The translations under genes and the position numbers were made by a program. From a virus (Duplodnaviria > Caudoviricetes): a stretch of DNA of 34,092 bases. Positions within the stretch are counted from its first letter, which is position 1. Every line of letters begins with the position of its first letter. Of the stretch, positions 1 to 8,399 are shown piece by piece. The stretch lies in IMG/VR virus record IMGVR_UViG_3300020017_000145, positions 1 through 34,092 of that record; one strand, 5' to 3'. The notes below the pieces were generated by a model. It saw only the letters and a program-made list of their open reading frames with translations, was not told the DNA's origin and made no database searches.

Positions 1-143
1 AGCAAGTTAAAAGGCTGGACACCTGGAGCACAAATTTGTCAAAGAGTACCGATTGTACCAAAAGCATGGTGAAGCGTACTTGGAGCAGATGTGGGATTAC
101 TTGTTGAGAGGGGTAACTGATTTTGAATTTAAACCGTAGACTA

Positions 144-473
144 ATGAGCAACAAAAGAACCTTTAGTGATCTATCAAACGAAGAGTTGTTGAAAATCCTG
201 AACATTGCTTTAAATAATGGTGATTGGCACACAACCACAGCAAGTGACATTCAATTGCATGATCTTTCAAACAACATGGTAGCTTATGGCACTTGCAAAA
301 TATCAAAGCACAACACATTCAGAGACAAGGAAGTTTGGTTTACTATCAATGAAAAAACCGTGCACATCTGGGAGAACAGGCCGCGCCAAAACATGATTTA
401 TGAATCTTTGTATAGAGCCATCTACAATTTAAAGGATATTGTTTCAACTATCAAAAGCCTTTTAAATGGGTAA
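144..473 (+). CDS. Hypothetical phage protein (likely start ATG 144, MSNKRTF)
   Basis: AT-rich ORF overlapping the TerS start; no recognisable motif. Confidence 0.7.
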   Translation: MSNKRTFSDLSNEELLKILNIALNNGDWHTTTASDIQLHDLSNNMVAYGTCKISKHNTFRDKEVWFTINEKTVHIWENRPRQNMIYESLYRAIYNLKDIVSTIKSLLNG

Positions 474-876
474 AGGAGGATTCACACCGGAGGAAAGGGC
501 AAAATCAAGGGATTCACAGAAGCGCACAATTGCAGCACAAAAGGCGGCTATGCTCAAATCTTTATCGGAGCATTATTGTGTCGTAAAGTATGCAGCCAAA
601 GAGGTTGGGATTGACCGTGGAACCCATGCCCGATGGATGGAGAAAGACGGAGAATACCGGGACGCGGTAATGAGGCTACAAGAAGAAAACATTGACATAG
701 CCGAAAACGCCCTAATGAAAGCCATTGAGAAAGGCGACAACGTTTTGATTAAATGGTACTTGGAAACCAAGGGCGCAAGTAGGGGATATGGTAGAAAACT
801 GGTTGAGATCGGAGCCATAGGAGGCACCACAGAATTGGCAGACATTCCAAAAATAGTATGGGTGAAATCCGAGTAA
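466..876 (+). CDS. terS: Terminase small subunit
   Basis: 136 aa with HTH-like VKYAAKEVGIDRGTHARW and a helical C-terminus (IKWYLETKGASRGY); overlaps the TerL start. Confidence 0.75.
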   Translation: MGKGGFTPEERAKSRDSQKRTIAAQKAAMLKSLSEHYCVVKYAAKEVGIDRGTHARWMEKDGEYRDAVMRLQEENIDIAENALMKAIEKGDNVLIKWYLETKGASRGYGRKLVEIGAIGGTTELADIPKIVWVKSE

Positions 877-2108
877 ATGAAAAGTTTGCCCCCCTTTTTG
901 AAGCTCCAAAAACTCGCTACGTCCTGCTATCTGGTGGTCGTGGCGCTGCTAAATCTTTTGCTATTACCCTTCTTTGTTCTCGCATCATGGCAGAGCATCA
1001 CAACCAGCGCATTTTGTACACCCGCTACACAATGGCGGCGGCAAACGATTCGGTAGTCCTGGAATTTGCTGAAAAGATCGACATTCAAAACCTTCACCCC
1101 TATTTTACCCAAAAGAAAAACGATGTTTATTGCGGATCTACTGGATCAGCGGTATCGTTCAGGGGCTTGAAGTCTGGTTCCAAATCCCAAACCGCAAAGC
1201 TCAAGTCAATCAAGGCCAACATTTTTGTGCTGGATGAAGCGGAGGAATTGACCAACGAGGACGAATTTGACAAAATCGACCTTTCGATCAGGGATAAAAA
1301 CAAAACAAACCTGATCATTTTGATTATGAACCCGACTAATAAAAACCACTGGGTTTATAAGCGTTGGATTCAAGACACCCGCAGGACTGAAATTATCGAC
1401 GGGGTGCCCGTGAGCATCTCCACACACCCAGACGTTACGCATATTCACGTCACGTACCTGGATAACAAAGACAACCTTTCGGAGTCTTACCTGCGTCGCA
1501 TCTACGACCTCAAGGCCAACAACCCCAAGAAGTATGCCCACTACATCATTGGCCAGTGGATTGAAAAAGCAGAGGGTGTAATTTATGAGGATTGGGCCGA
1601 GGGTGTATTTGATGAAAAGTTGCCGTATATTTACGCTATGGACTTTGGGTACTTCCCTGACCCGCTTGCACTTGTGAAGATTGCAGTTGATCGAAAGCGG
1701 AAAAAGATTTACCTCAAAGAGCTGATTTACGAAACGGAGCTTTCAAACGAGGGGCTTCTACGGATGATGACCGACGCGATACCAGATAAGAGCAAGCCCA
1801 TTGTATCGGACACCAACGAAAAGCGAACGGTGGCGTTTTTGCGCTCGAAAGGGTTCAGGGTGATTGAGGCAAAGAAAGGGCCAAACTCCATTATTCAGGG
1901 CATCAAGGACATGAAGGATTACGAAATCATTGTCACGTCCGACAGCCCCAACATCAAAAACGAGCTTGACAACTACGTGTGGGCCGACAAGAAAAGCGAC
2001 ACCCCAATAGATCAATACAACCACAGTTTGGACGCTGGGCGGTATGGGTTCACCTGGATCGTGAAGCATGTTCCAAGACCGGGCGAAATGAAAACAGGTA
2101 AAGGATAA
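858..2108 (+). CDS. terL: Terminase large subunit, PBSX/SPP1-like family
   Basis: Walker A GGRGAAKS, Walker B FVLDEAEE, motif MNP, nuclease motifs DFGYFPDP and NHSLDAGRY. Confidence 0.95.
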   Translation: MGEIRVNEKFAPLFEAPKTRYVLLSGGRGAAKSFAITLLCSRIMAEHHNQRILYTRYTMAAANDSVVLEFAEKIDIQNLHPYFTQKKNDVYCGSTGSAVSFRGLKSGSKSQTAKLKSIKANIFVLDEAEELTNEDEFDKIDLSIRDKNKTNLIILIMNPTNKNHWVYKRWIQDTRRTEIIDGVPVSISTHPDVTHIHVTYLDNKDNLSESYLRRIYDLKANNPKKYAHYIIGQWIEKAEGVIYEDWAEGVFDEKLPYIYAMDFGYFPDPLALVKIAVDRKRKKIYLKELIYETELSNEGLLRMMTDAIPDKSKPIVSDTNEKRTVAFLRSKGFRVIEAKKGPNSIIQGIKDMKDYEIIVTSDSPNIKNELDNYVWADKKSDTPIDQYNHSLDAGRYGFTWIVKHVPRPGEMKTGKG

Positions 2109-2118
2109 ATCAAACATA

Positions 2119-2469
2119 ATGGCAAAAGTCAAAACCGAAATTGAGCAAACAGGCGAAGGCCAACAAAGCGAGTGGGTACACCCAGAAGCAGAGGCGATTT
2201 TTAACGCACTACTTGGAGCCTACGAAGATGCCAAAGAAGCAGGGTTTAGGGCGCAATTCTGGCGTTCAATGATGCTTTCCCTGGGTGAGTTCTACATAGC
2301 GGACAAACCTCGCGTTGTGGACTTCTTTTTGAACCAGGAAGGACTAAACCACCAACCCAAAGAGATACCCGCAAAGCAAGCCAAGCAGCCAAGCGAGTAC
2401 AAAAAGGAACCCGATTACTCAGCCAAAGCCGGGCGGGAAACGTCAGGCGAGTGTGAATCTTGCGGCTAA
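2119..2469 (+). CDS. Hypothetical protein ending in CESCG
   Basis: 116 aa, conserved in the other arm with 2 substitutions; TAATG coupling to the next gene. Confidence 0.8.
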   Translation: MAKVKTEIEQTGEGQQSEWVHPEAEAIFNALLGAYEDAKEAGFRAQFWRSMMLSLGEFYIADKPRVVDFFLNQEGLNHQPKEIPAKQAKQPSEYKKEPDYSAKAGRETSGECESCG

Positions 2470-3272
2470 TGATTGCAAGACTATCCACCGGGGCCACAAT
2501 CAACCTACCACTTACCGCGCACGAAATACCGTGGGAGGCGTTTTGCGACTTCAAAGACCAAGAGCAGGAATATTTTACCGCGCAAGAAACCGAAGATAGC
2601 CAAGCCGCAATACTTTCAATCACCAGGGCTTTGGCTTACGTATACGGGGAATGGATTTGGGATTTACCGTTTTCGCTTGATGAACCGCTTGAAGAATTGT
2701 TTCTAAGCGGCTTTACTGTCACGCTGGGAGACGATCTTTCTACAATGCGACTCTATGCACACCTTAACACGATTATCAACAACTTCAAGCCCGAAACGCT
2801 CAAGGACAAAGTTTTTAAGTTGGTGATCGGTGGCGAAGAATACCAATTGGATCAACTCAAGGCGGCTAAGTTTTTGACGCTGGAAGGTGTAAGTACAGGC
2901 GAGGCAATTGAAGTACTTGAGTTCAGGCGCATTGCAGAGAAGAACCTGGAAGAAAAGAAGTTTGCCCTTGGCAGTATGGACTTTACTTTGGGACTGCGAG
3001 AATTGGCAATACTTGTACGCAAGAAAGGAGAGGCGTTGCCCTGGAACCGCAAAGAGTTGGAGTCATTCCTAAACGACAGGATGCAAACTTTCAGAACCGT
3101 AACCGCTGGCGAAGTCTTAACCCTTCGTTTTTTTTTGATCAATTCATACTTGCTTTGGCTGCAAAACCAGATTACCAATTCTTCTGGAACGGTTCGCCCT
3201 ATCAAGGTTCAGGAACTAAGTCGAAAGAAACCAGGGATCGTGAAGCGGCGGCGCGGGAAGCTTTCGAGCTGA
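2469..3272 (+). CDS. Tail assembly chaperone (gpG-like)
   Basis: ATG at 2469 overlaps the upstream stop; contains a T9 slippery run leading into an open -1 frame; lies in the tail module. Confidence 0.7.
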   Translation: MIARLSTGATINLPLTAHEIPWEAFCDFKDQEQEYFTAQETEDSQAAILSITRALAYVYGEWIWDLPFSLDEPLEELFLSGFTVTLGDDLSTMRLYAHLNTIINNFKPETLKDKVFKLVIGGEEYQLDQLKAAKFLTLEGVSTGEAIEVLEFRRIAEKNLEEKKFALGSMDFTLGLRELAILVRKKGEALPWNRKELESFLNDRMQTFRTVTAGEVLTLRFFLINSYLLWLQNQITNSSGTVRPIKVQELSRKKPGIVKRRRGKLSS

Positions 3273-3400
3273 TGGGGTGGCGGTTACTACTTGATGCAGC
3301 GTTACGGGAACAATGGTACATTGGAGGAATGGAATCACTTTGGAATAGCGAGTTTGAGGATTTTGTATTTCTTACTTCTTTAAAAAATAGCAGGGTATGA
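2469..3400 (+). CDS. Tail assembly chaperone, -1 frameshift product (gpGT-like, about 310 aa)
   Basis: CGT TTT TTT TTG at 3126-3137. The -1 frame reads FDQFILALAAKPDYQFFW...TSLKNSRV and is conserved in both arms. Confidence 0.7.
3128..3136 (+). promoter_or_regulatory. -1 programmed ribosomal frameshift site (T TTT TTT)
   Basis: X XXY YYZ heptamer in the correct phase; identical at 30957-30965. Confidence 0.75.
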
Positions 3401-3681
3401 GCAATGAAATAAAGGCAAAGATATTGTCTCAACAAACCACCGAGTTAGGAGTCTTTGTAATAGGTCAGATCAATCAAGCGCCATTCACAGACAAAGAAAG
3501 AGATATTATGGAATTAATCATAAAGGCTCACAACTTGTTTGTTGAAGAAGAAAGGGCGCATCCAAGCGAAATACAAGAGTGGATTACAGGTATTCATCAA
3601 TTGCAATCAATACTTCAGCACAGATTGTTGTGTAGAATTTTCCCTGGAGAATTTACTTCACTTAAAAACAGTAGGGTATGA
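3397..3681 (+). CDS. Accessory hypothetical protein, left arm only
   Basis: 94 aa, AT-rich, ATGA-coupled at both ends; absent at the homologous site 30693. Confidence 0.8.
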   Translation: MSNEIKAKILSQQTTELGVFVIGQINQAPFTDKERDIMELIIKAHNLFVEEERAHPSEIQEWITGIHQLQSILQHRLLCRIFPGEFTSLKNSRV

Positions 3682-3890
3682 AAAATGAAGCTCTAGCGAA
3701 AGCCATAAAGGATGTTTTGAAAATTGACATTCCGGTTGATTATGAATTTAACGACGTAGAAATTGCGCTATCTGAATTTCATAAGCGTGAGCATTCGCGT
3801 TGCATGGAGATGATACAATTTTTAAACGAAACACTGAATGATTTTAAGCAAAAACTTGCTGATTCAGAGTTTAAAAATTCACGGGTGTGA
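3678..3890 (+). CDS. Accessory hypothetical protein, left arm only
   Basis: 70 aa, AT-rich, ATGA/GTGA-coupled; absent from the right arm. Confidence 0.75.
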   Translation: MKNEALAKAIKDVLKIDIPVDYEFNDVEIALSEFHKREHSRCMEMIQFLNETLNDFKQKLADSEFKNSRV

Positions 3891-4633
3891 AAGTACTAAC
3901 CAAGGCTGATTTTATAGCCATTTGCCGCAAGATTGTAGCTCAAATGGCATCACGGGAACAAAACAAAAAGGGGGTGCCTCACCGGGTCAACTCCTTTGCT
4001 GCTTTTGTAGACGACATGCAACCAAGCGTCATGCACCCGTCATTGGGGGCCACGTATGGCGATTACAAAGCCGGGCGTTTCTTTTCCCGTAACTGGGATG
4101 CGTCTGGCAGCGATCCTTCCAAGATGTTCTTTGAATACCCTGGGATTGTGATACAGGAAACAGGTGCCTATACCAACTCTATCAGGAGCGACCGCATTTA
4201 CTTGGATTTGCTGGTAGTGGCTTTTGATCGAAACACCTGCGAGAATTGCCCACCCGAAGTACTTGGAACCGAAAGCACCTTTGAAAACACGCTTTACCTT
4301 TTGCGCTCGTTCATTCGGCAATTGATGGATCATTCAGTTTTTGCTTACACTCAAGGCGAGTACTGGCAAACGCCTGGGGAATCAGCATGGAAGATTGCCA
4401 ATGAGTCTGGGCAATTCACGTATGAATTTGAGCCTGGGGAATGGCTTGAAAACTTCATCATTGCTCCTCAACAATGGAAGTTCACCAAATACAGTGACGG
4501 GGCTATTGGCGGCGCGAGGGGTTACGCAGTGGAGTTTACTATCCAAGTGTGCGAAACCATCGAAACCCGAATGAAGTACAGCGACCCCACAAGCTCAGTT
4601 GTTCCCGTCACAAACTGCGAGTCATGCGGATAG
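3887..4633 (+). CDS. Phage structural protein, possibly tail terminator
   Basis: 248 aa, conserved in both arms; YPGIVIQ segment and position two genes before the tape measure. Function is inferred from position. Confidence 0.5.
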   Translation: MKVLTKADFIAICRKIVAQMASREQNKKGVPHRVNSFAAFVDDMQPSVMHPSLGATYGDYKAGRFFSRNWDASGSDPSKMFFEYPGIVIQETGAYTNSIRSDRIYLDLLVVAFDRNTCENCPPEVLGTESTFENTLYLLRSFIRQLMDHSVFAYTQGEYWQTPGESAWKIANESGQFTYEFEPGEWLENFIIAPQQWKFTKYSDGAIGGARGYAVEFTIQVCETIETRMKYSDPTSSVVPVTNCESCG

Positions 4634-5163
4634 TCACTTATCAGGAGTTGGTAGGCATTGCCCTCAACGCCGTGGAAAGCCTAGTTGAAAAAGGCAAGGA
4701 CGAATTGAGCGAACAAGGCCACGTTGCAACAGGCCGGGGCATCGCCTCACTAAAGGCAAAAGTTGTCGAAAGTGTCGGAGATACTTTGCGCATTGGCATA
4801 GAGGGCAACGATTACCTTTTAGATTTGGACACGGGAATACCAGCGAGTAAGGTAGACACAAGCGCGGCGGCTGAGGCAAGGTTATTGCAGTGGGCCAGGG
4901 TGGTAAAACCTGGGCTTTCTGAGTCGAACCTAAAGCGGTTCACATTTTTGACGCTCAATAAAGCCGCTGTACTTGGGTTCCCCCTGCCTGGATCGTTTGC
5001 CTTTTCCAATAATGGGAGGCGTACTGAGTGGATAAAGTTTGGGCTTGAGATGAATGCAGAAAGGATCATCGAAGAGCAGTTTAAAGTCTTTGAGCTTTTG
5101 GTAGAAAACTTTGACGAAATCTACCGGGAAGCCATTGAAGAAGCACGAAAAATAGCAGCATGA
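4624..5163 (+). CDS. Neck/tail completion protein (HK97 gp10-like)
   Basis: Likely ATG 4624. HVATGRGIASL resembles the TG-L--SI motif of tail completion proteins; ATGA-coupled to the tape measure gene. Confidence 0.5.
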   Translation: MRIVTYQELVGIALNAVESLVEKGKDELSEQGHVATGRGIASLKAKVVESVGDTLRIGIEGNDYLLDLDTGIPASKVDTSAAAEARLLQWARVVKPGLSESNLKRFTFLTLNKAAVLGFPLPGSFAFSNNGRRTEWIKFGLEMNAERIIEEQFKVFELLVENFDEIYREAIEEARKIAA

Positions 5164-8100
5164 CAAAGGTTCTGGTTTACGAAGTCGAGATCAAAGGCGT
5201 TAAAACGGCGGTAAATAGTCAAGAGGATTTGGCCAGAGCCATACGGGACACTACCAAAGCCCGTCAGGCTGAGAAGTTCAACACCGACGAATACAAGCGG
5301 CTTGGAAACCAGATCGCAGCACTCAAGACGATCCAGCAGGAGCAAAGGCAAGAAGAGCGCAATGCCATCAACCAATTCAAACAAAATGCGGATCAGGGCA
5401 AGAATTCTTACCGGGCATTGAATGCGGAATTGGTACGGCTTCGTAACTCCTACAAAGACCTGACAGCGGAGGAAAGGCAAGGGGCTTTTGGAGCGCGAAC
5501 GATTACGCGAATCCAAGAACTTGACCGGGAACTAAAAAGCATCGATGCCAACTTAGGCAACTTCCAACGCAATGTTGGTAACTACTCAAACTCATTCAAC
5601 AAACTTGGAGACGCTTTAACCGGGGGGCTAGTTACCGGGGGCATTGTTGCCGTTGCCGCATTGGCAAAACAGGGATTACAAGAACTCTTTGAGTTAAACA
5701 AAGCCATTGCAGACATTCAGGCTAACGTAGTTAAAACAACGGGCCTAAGCTTCGACCAAGTTACCTCGCTTACTGAGGAATTAAAGAAGCTGGACACTCG
5801 CACAACCTTGGAAGAGTTGCTGAATATCTCCACCGTTGCGGGTCGTTTGGGTGTTGAGGGTGAAAAGGGCGTGTTTGAGTTCACTAAGGCAATTGACGTG
5901 CTCAACGTGGCCTTGGGGGATGATTTTGGGGGGAATGTAGAAGTTGTAACGGATCAAGTAGGCAAGCTTTCAAACGTATTATTTGGGGCCACAACTGACG
6001 GCGAATTACTGGCAGAAAATTTGCTTTCGCTTGGCAACGGCTTGAATGTTTTGGCCGCAAATGGTGCAGCGTCAGCCAACGGGATCACCGATTTTGCAAG
6101 CCGAATAGCTGCGTTAGGCGTGCCTCTTGGGCTTACAGCAGGCGAAATCCTGGGCATATCCGCAAGCCTGGAAGAATTGGGAGTTACGGCAGAAAGGGGC
6201 GGCACCGCAACGGGGCGTATATTTCAGGCGCTTACTCAAGACTCAAAGAAATTTGCTAAAGAATTTGGGATCACTCCTAAGGTATTGAAGGATGCAGGGA
6301 TTGAGGCTAAGTCATTCACCGACTTAGTAAATACCGACCTTGTGAAAGCTTTACAATTGGCATCAAGCCGGGCCGTAACACTATCCAAGGACAATGTTGA
6401 TTTATCAAGCAAGCTAAAAGCCGTTGGGCTTACCGGGGCGGGTGAGCTTGAAACCTTCTTAAAGCTTGGCCAAGCCAACGAAAGGCTATCTGAAAATATC
6501 GGAGTTGCAAACAAAGCCCTTGAAAGTCAAGATTCTTTGTTGTCAGAAGCCGCCGCTAAAAATGAAAACCTTGCCGGGGCTTATGAACGTTTGATCAACG
6601 ACATCCGAGAATTTTTTGTGTCCTCCGATGTTCAGGACTTCTTTTTGGCCTTGATCCAAGGCGCAAGGGATGCAGGTACAGGCATTCAGGAGCTAGGCGC
6701 AACCATCGCCCCGTTGGGCCAATCAATTGGTGATCTTGCGAAGGGTTTAAGTGGGGCGAGTAAAGAGTCAGACGGGTTGACCGCTGCTTTTGATTTGCTC
6801 AACAAGGCCGGGAAACTTGCACAAAAACCGTTTGAGTTTTTGGTTGCTACTGTGAACGGGCTGATTAAGGGCTTTACTTTTCTGGGAAATAAGGTCAACG
6901 ACTTTTACAATGTCATCCTTGGCCCACTTGACCGAACCGAAAAGAAAACCAAGGCATCAGCAGAAAGCCTAAAAACATTCACCGACTTGGCCAACAAAGG
7001 CAAAGGTGATGTATTGCAATTTGGGGCTGGTACAGAACAAGCGGCAAAGGGTTTGGATAAATTGGCATCCAGTGCAGGCAAGGCCAAAAAAATAGTTGAG
7101 AGTTTCGCCAAAGATTCATTGTCATTCCTACGTAGTGAAGTTTCAAGGCTCGAAAAAGAGATTGATCAAGCAAGCCCCAAAGACCAACCCGCATTATTTG
7201 AGCGCCTGTTTTCCGCAAAGAACCAATTAAGCAAAGCCGAAAAAGAACAAAAGGCGCTACTTGACAACCTGACCGGATTTGTTGAAGCAGTAAAAGAAGT
7301 TCAGGACGTTTCAGAAAAGACGTTTCAACGCACCCAAACCGTAACTGAGGACGGGGTAATAAAGCAGGTTCAACAGGCCGAAAAGGGGTTAAGGGTAGTT
7401 GGTAAAAGTTTAATTGATCGCCTTGCAGGGCTTGGGCTTGAGATCAACGACGCTTCAACTAAGTTCACCAAGGACGCGACCGACCGAATCAGAACAGATT
7501 TTGAGGTAAGTTTGGATGCTTTACTTGAAGAGTTCGGCAACTTCTTTACATCCGGTCGGTTCTTTGACACACTCACTGAGGCCGGGGCCGCAATATCGGG
7601 TCTTGCCAGTGCTAGAAATGAATCCGAATTAAACGCCATAGAAGAGCGTTACGCCAAAGAAATTGAGTTAGCAGGGGATAACACCAAAAAGAAAGAAAAG
7701 CTTGAAAAGGAGCTTGCAGCAGAGCAGGAGCGCATCAGAAAGAAAGAGTTTGAACAGCAAAAGCGTTTCAGGATTGCTTCTGCCTTGTCTTCGCTGGCAT
7801 CCGGTGTTGTCAATATCTTGGCTACTCCATCAATTATTCCTGACCCATTGGGTGCTTTGTACAAGGCTGCCCAAATTGCATTTCTAACCTTTACCACAAC
7901 TACCCAAATCGCCCAAATTAGCTCGCAAAAAGCCGCTAAAGGCATGATCATAAAAGGCCCAAGCCACGCACACGGGGGAACACCCGTACAAGTAGGCAAC
8001 ACCACAATTGAGGCCGAAGGCGGGGAATGGATAGGCGATGATGGCCAGGGAGGCACCGCCATAGTCAACAAGCACAATACCGGGCGCTACTACCCTATTT

Positions 8101-8399
8101 TAAAGCAACTCAGCGCGGTAAACTTCCCAGGCAAACGGATTGTATTATCTGCCATCAATGCCGACCGGGGCTATGGCGTTAAGTTTGAGCAAGGGGGATT
8201 GCTTGAGCCGAATTTCTCTAAAATGAATGTGGGTGTGTCGGGGGCCGCTGTAAGCATCGTTACAATAGATGCCAACTCGATCCAAAACATGGCCGCCGCC
8301 GTTGGAGTCGGAGCCAAACGAGGGGTTGAGGCTGGGCTAGTTGTAGCCAACCGGGAAAATGAAAGGATTGCACAGGCAGAACAAAAAAGCAAGATATGA
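5160..8399 (+). CDS. Tail tape measure protein, variant A (1079 aa)
   Basis: Long Ala/Leu/Lys-rich helical protein; QRNVGNY motif; TP901-like core KTTGLS...DTRTTLEELLNISTVAGRLGV; C-terminal GPSHAHGG...EAEGGE. Confidence 0.9.
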   Translation: MTKVLVYEVEIKGVKTAVNSQEDLARAIRDTTKARQAEKFNTDEYKRLGNQIAALKTIQQEQRQEERNAINQFKQNADQGKNSYRALNAELVRLRNSYKDLTAEERQGAFGARTITRIQELDRELKSIDANLGNFQRNVGNYSNSFNKLGDALTGGLVTGGIVAVAALAKQGLQELFELNKAIADIQANVVKTTGLSFDQVTSLTEELKKLDTRTTLEELLNISTVAGRLGVEGEKGVFEFTKAIDVLNVALGDDFGGNVEVVTDQVGKLSNVLFGATTDGELLAENLLSLGNGLNVLAANGAASANGITDFASRIAALGVPLGLTAGEILGISASLEELGVTAERGGTATGRIFQALTQDSKKFAKEFGITPKVLKDAGIEAKSFTDLVNTDLVKALQLASSRAVTLSKDNVDLSSKLKAVGLTGAGELETFLKLGQANERLSENIGVANKALESQDSLLSEAAAKNENLAGAYERLINDIREFFVSSDVQDFFLALIQGARDAGTGIQELGATIAPLGQSIGDLAKGLSGASKESDGLTAAFDLLNKAGKLAQKPFEFLVATVNGLIKGFTFLGNKVNDFYNVILGPLDRTEKKTKASAESLKTFTDLANKGKGDVLQFGAGTEQAAKGLDKLASSAGKAKKIVESFAKDSLSFLRSEVSRLEKEIDQASPKDQPALFERLFSAKNQLSKAEKEQKALLDNLTGFVEAVKEVQDVSEKTFQRTQTVTEDGVIKQVQQAEKGLRVVGKSLIDRLAGLGLEINDASTKFTKDATDRIRTDFEVSLDALLEEFGNFFTSGRFFDTLTEAGAAISGLASARNESELNAIEERYAKEIELAGDNTKKKEKLEKELAAEQERIRKKEFEQQKRFRIASALSSLASGVVNILATPSIIPDPLGALYKAAQIAFLTFTTTTQIAQISSQKAAKGMIIKGPSHAHGGTPVQVGNTTIEAEGGEWIGDDGQGGTAIVNKHNTGRYYPILKQLSAVNFPGKRIVLSAINADRGYGVKFEQGGLLEPNFSKMNVGVSGAAVSIVTIDANSIQNMAAAVGVGAKRGVEAGLVVANRENERIAQAEQKSKI

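Larger units (their letters stand above)
1..1783 (+). repeat. Left perfect inverted terminal repeat (partner 32310-34092)
   Basis: Window starts agcaagttaaaaggctggac and ends with its reverse complement. All ORF translations in this zone are identical. The first mismatch I found is 1784(A) vs 32309. Confidence 0.92.
3372..3890 (+). repeat. Three degenerate direct repeats (3372-3408, 3653-3689, 3871-3890) encoding (L/F)KNSRV-stop plus the overlapping next start
   Basis: ttacttctttaaaaaatagcagggtatgagcaatgaa vs ttacttcacttaaaaacagtagggtatgaaaaatgaa (30/37 identical); third copy ttaaaaattcacgggtgtga. Confidence 0.85.

Noticed and set aside
1-139. 3' end of an upstream gene (...EQMWDYLLRGVTDFEFKP*)
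   Set aside because: Looks protein-like, but there is an in-frame stop at 8-10 and too little sequence to call.
3372-3890. CRISPR array or integron attC sites
   Set aside because: The repeats are degenerate, non-palindromic, coding, and separated by whole genes; no cas or integrase gene is present.
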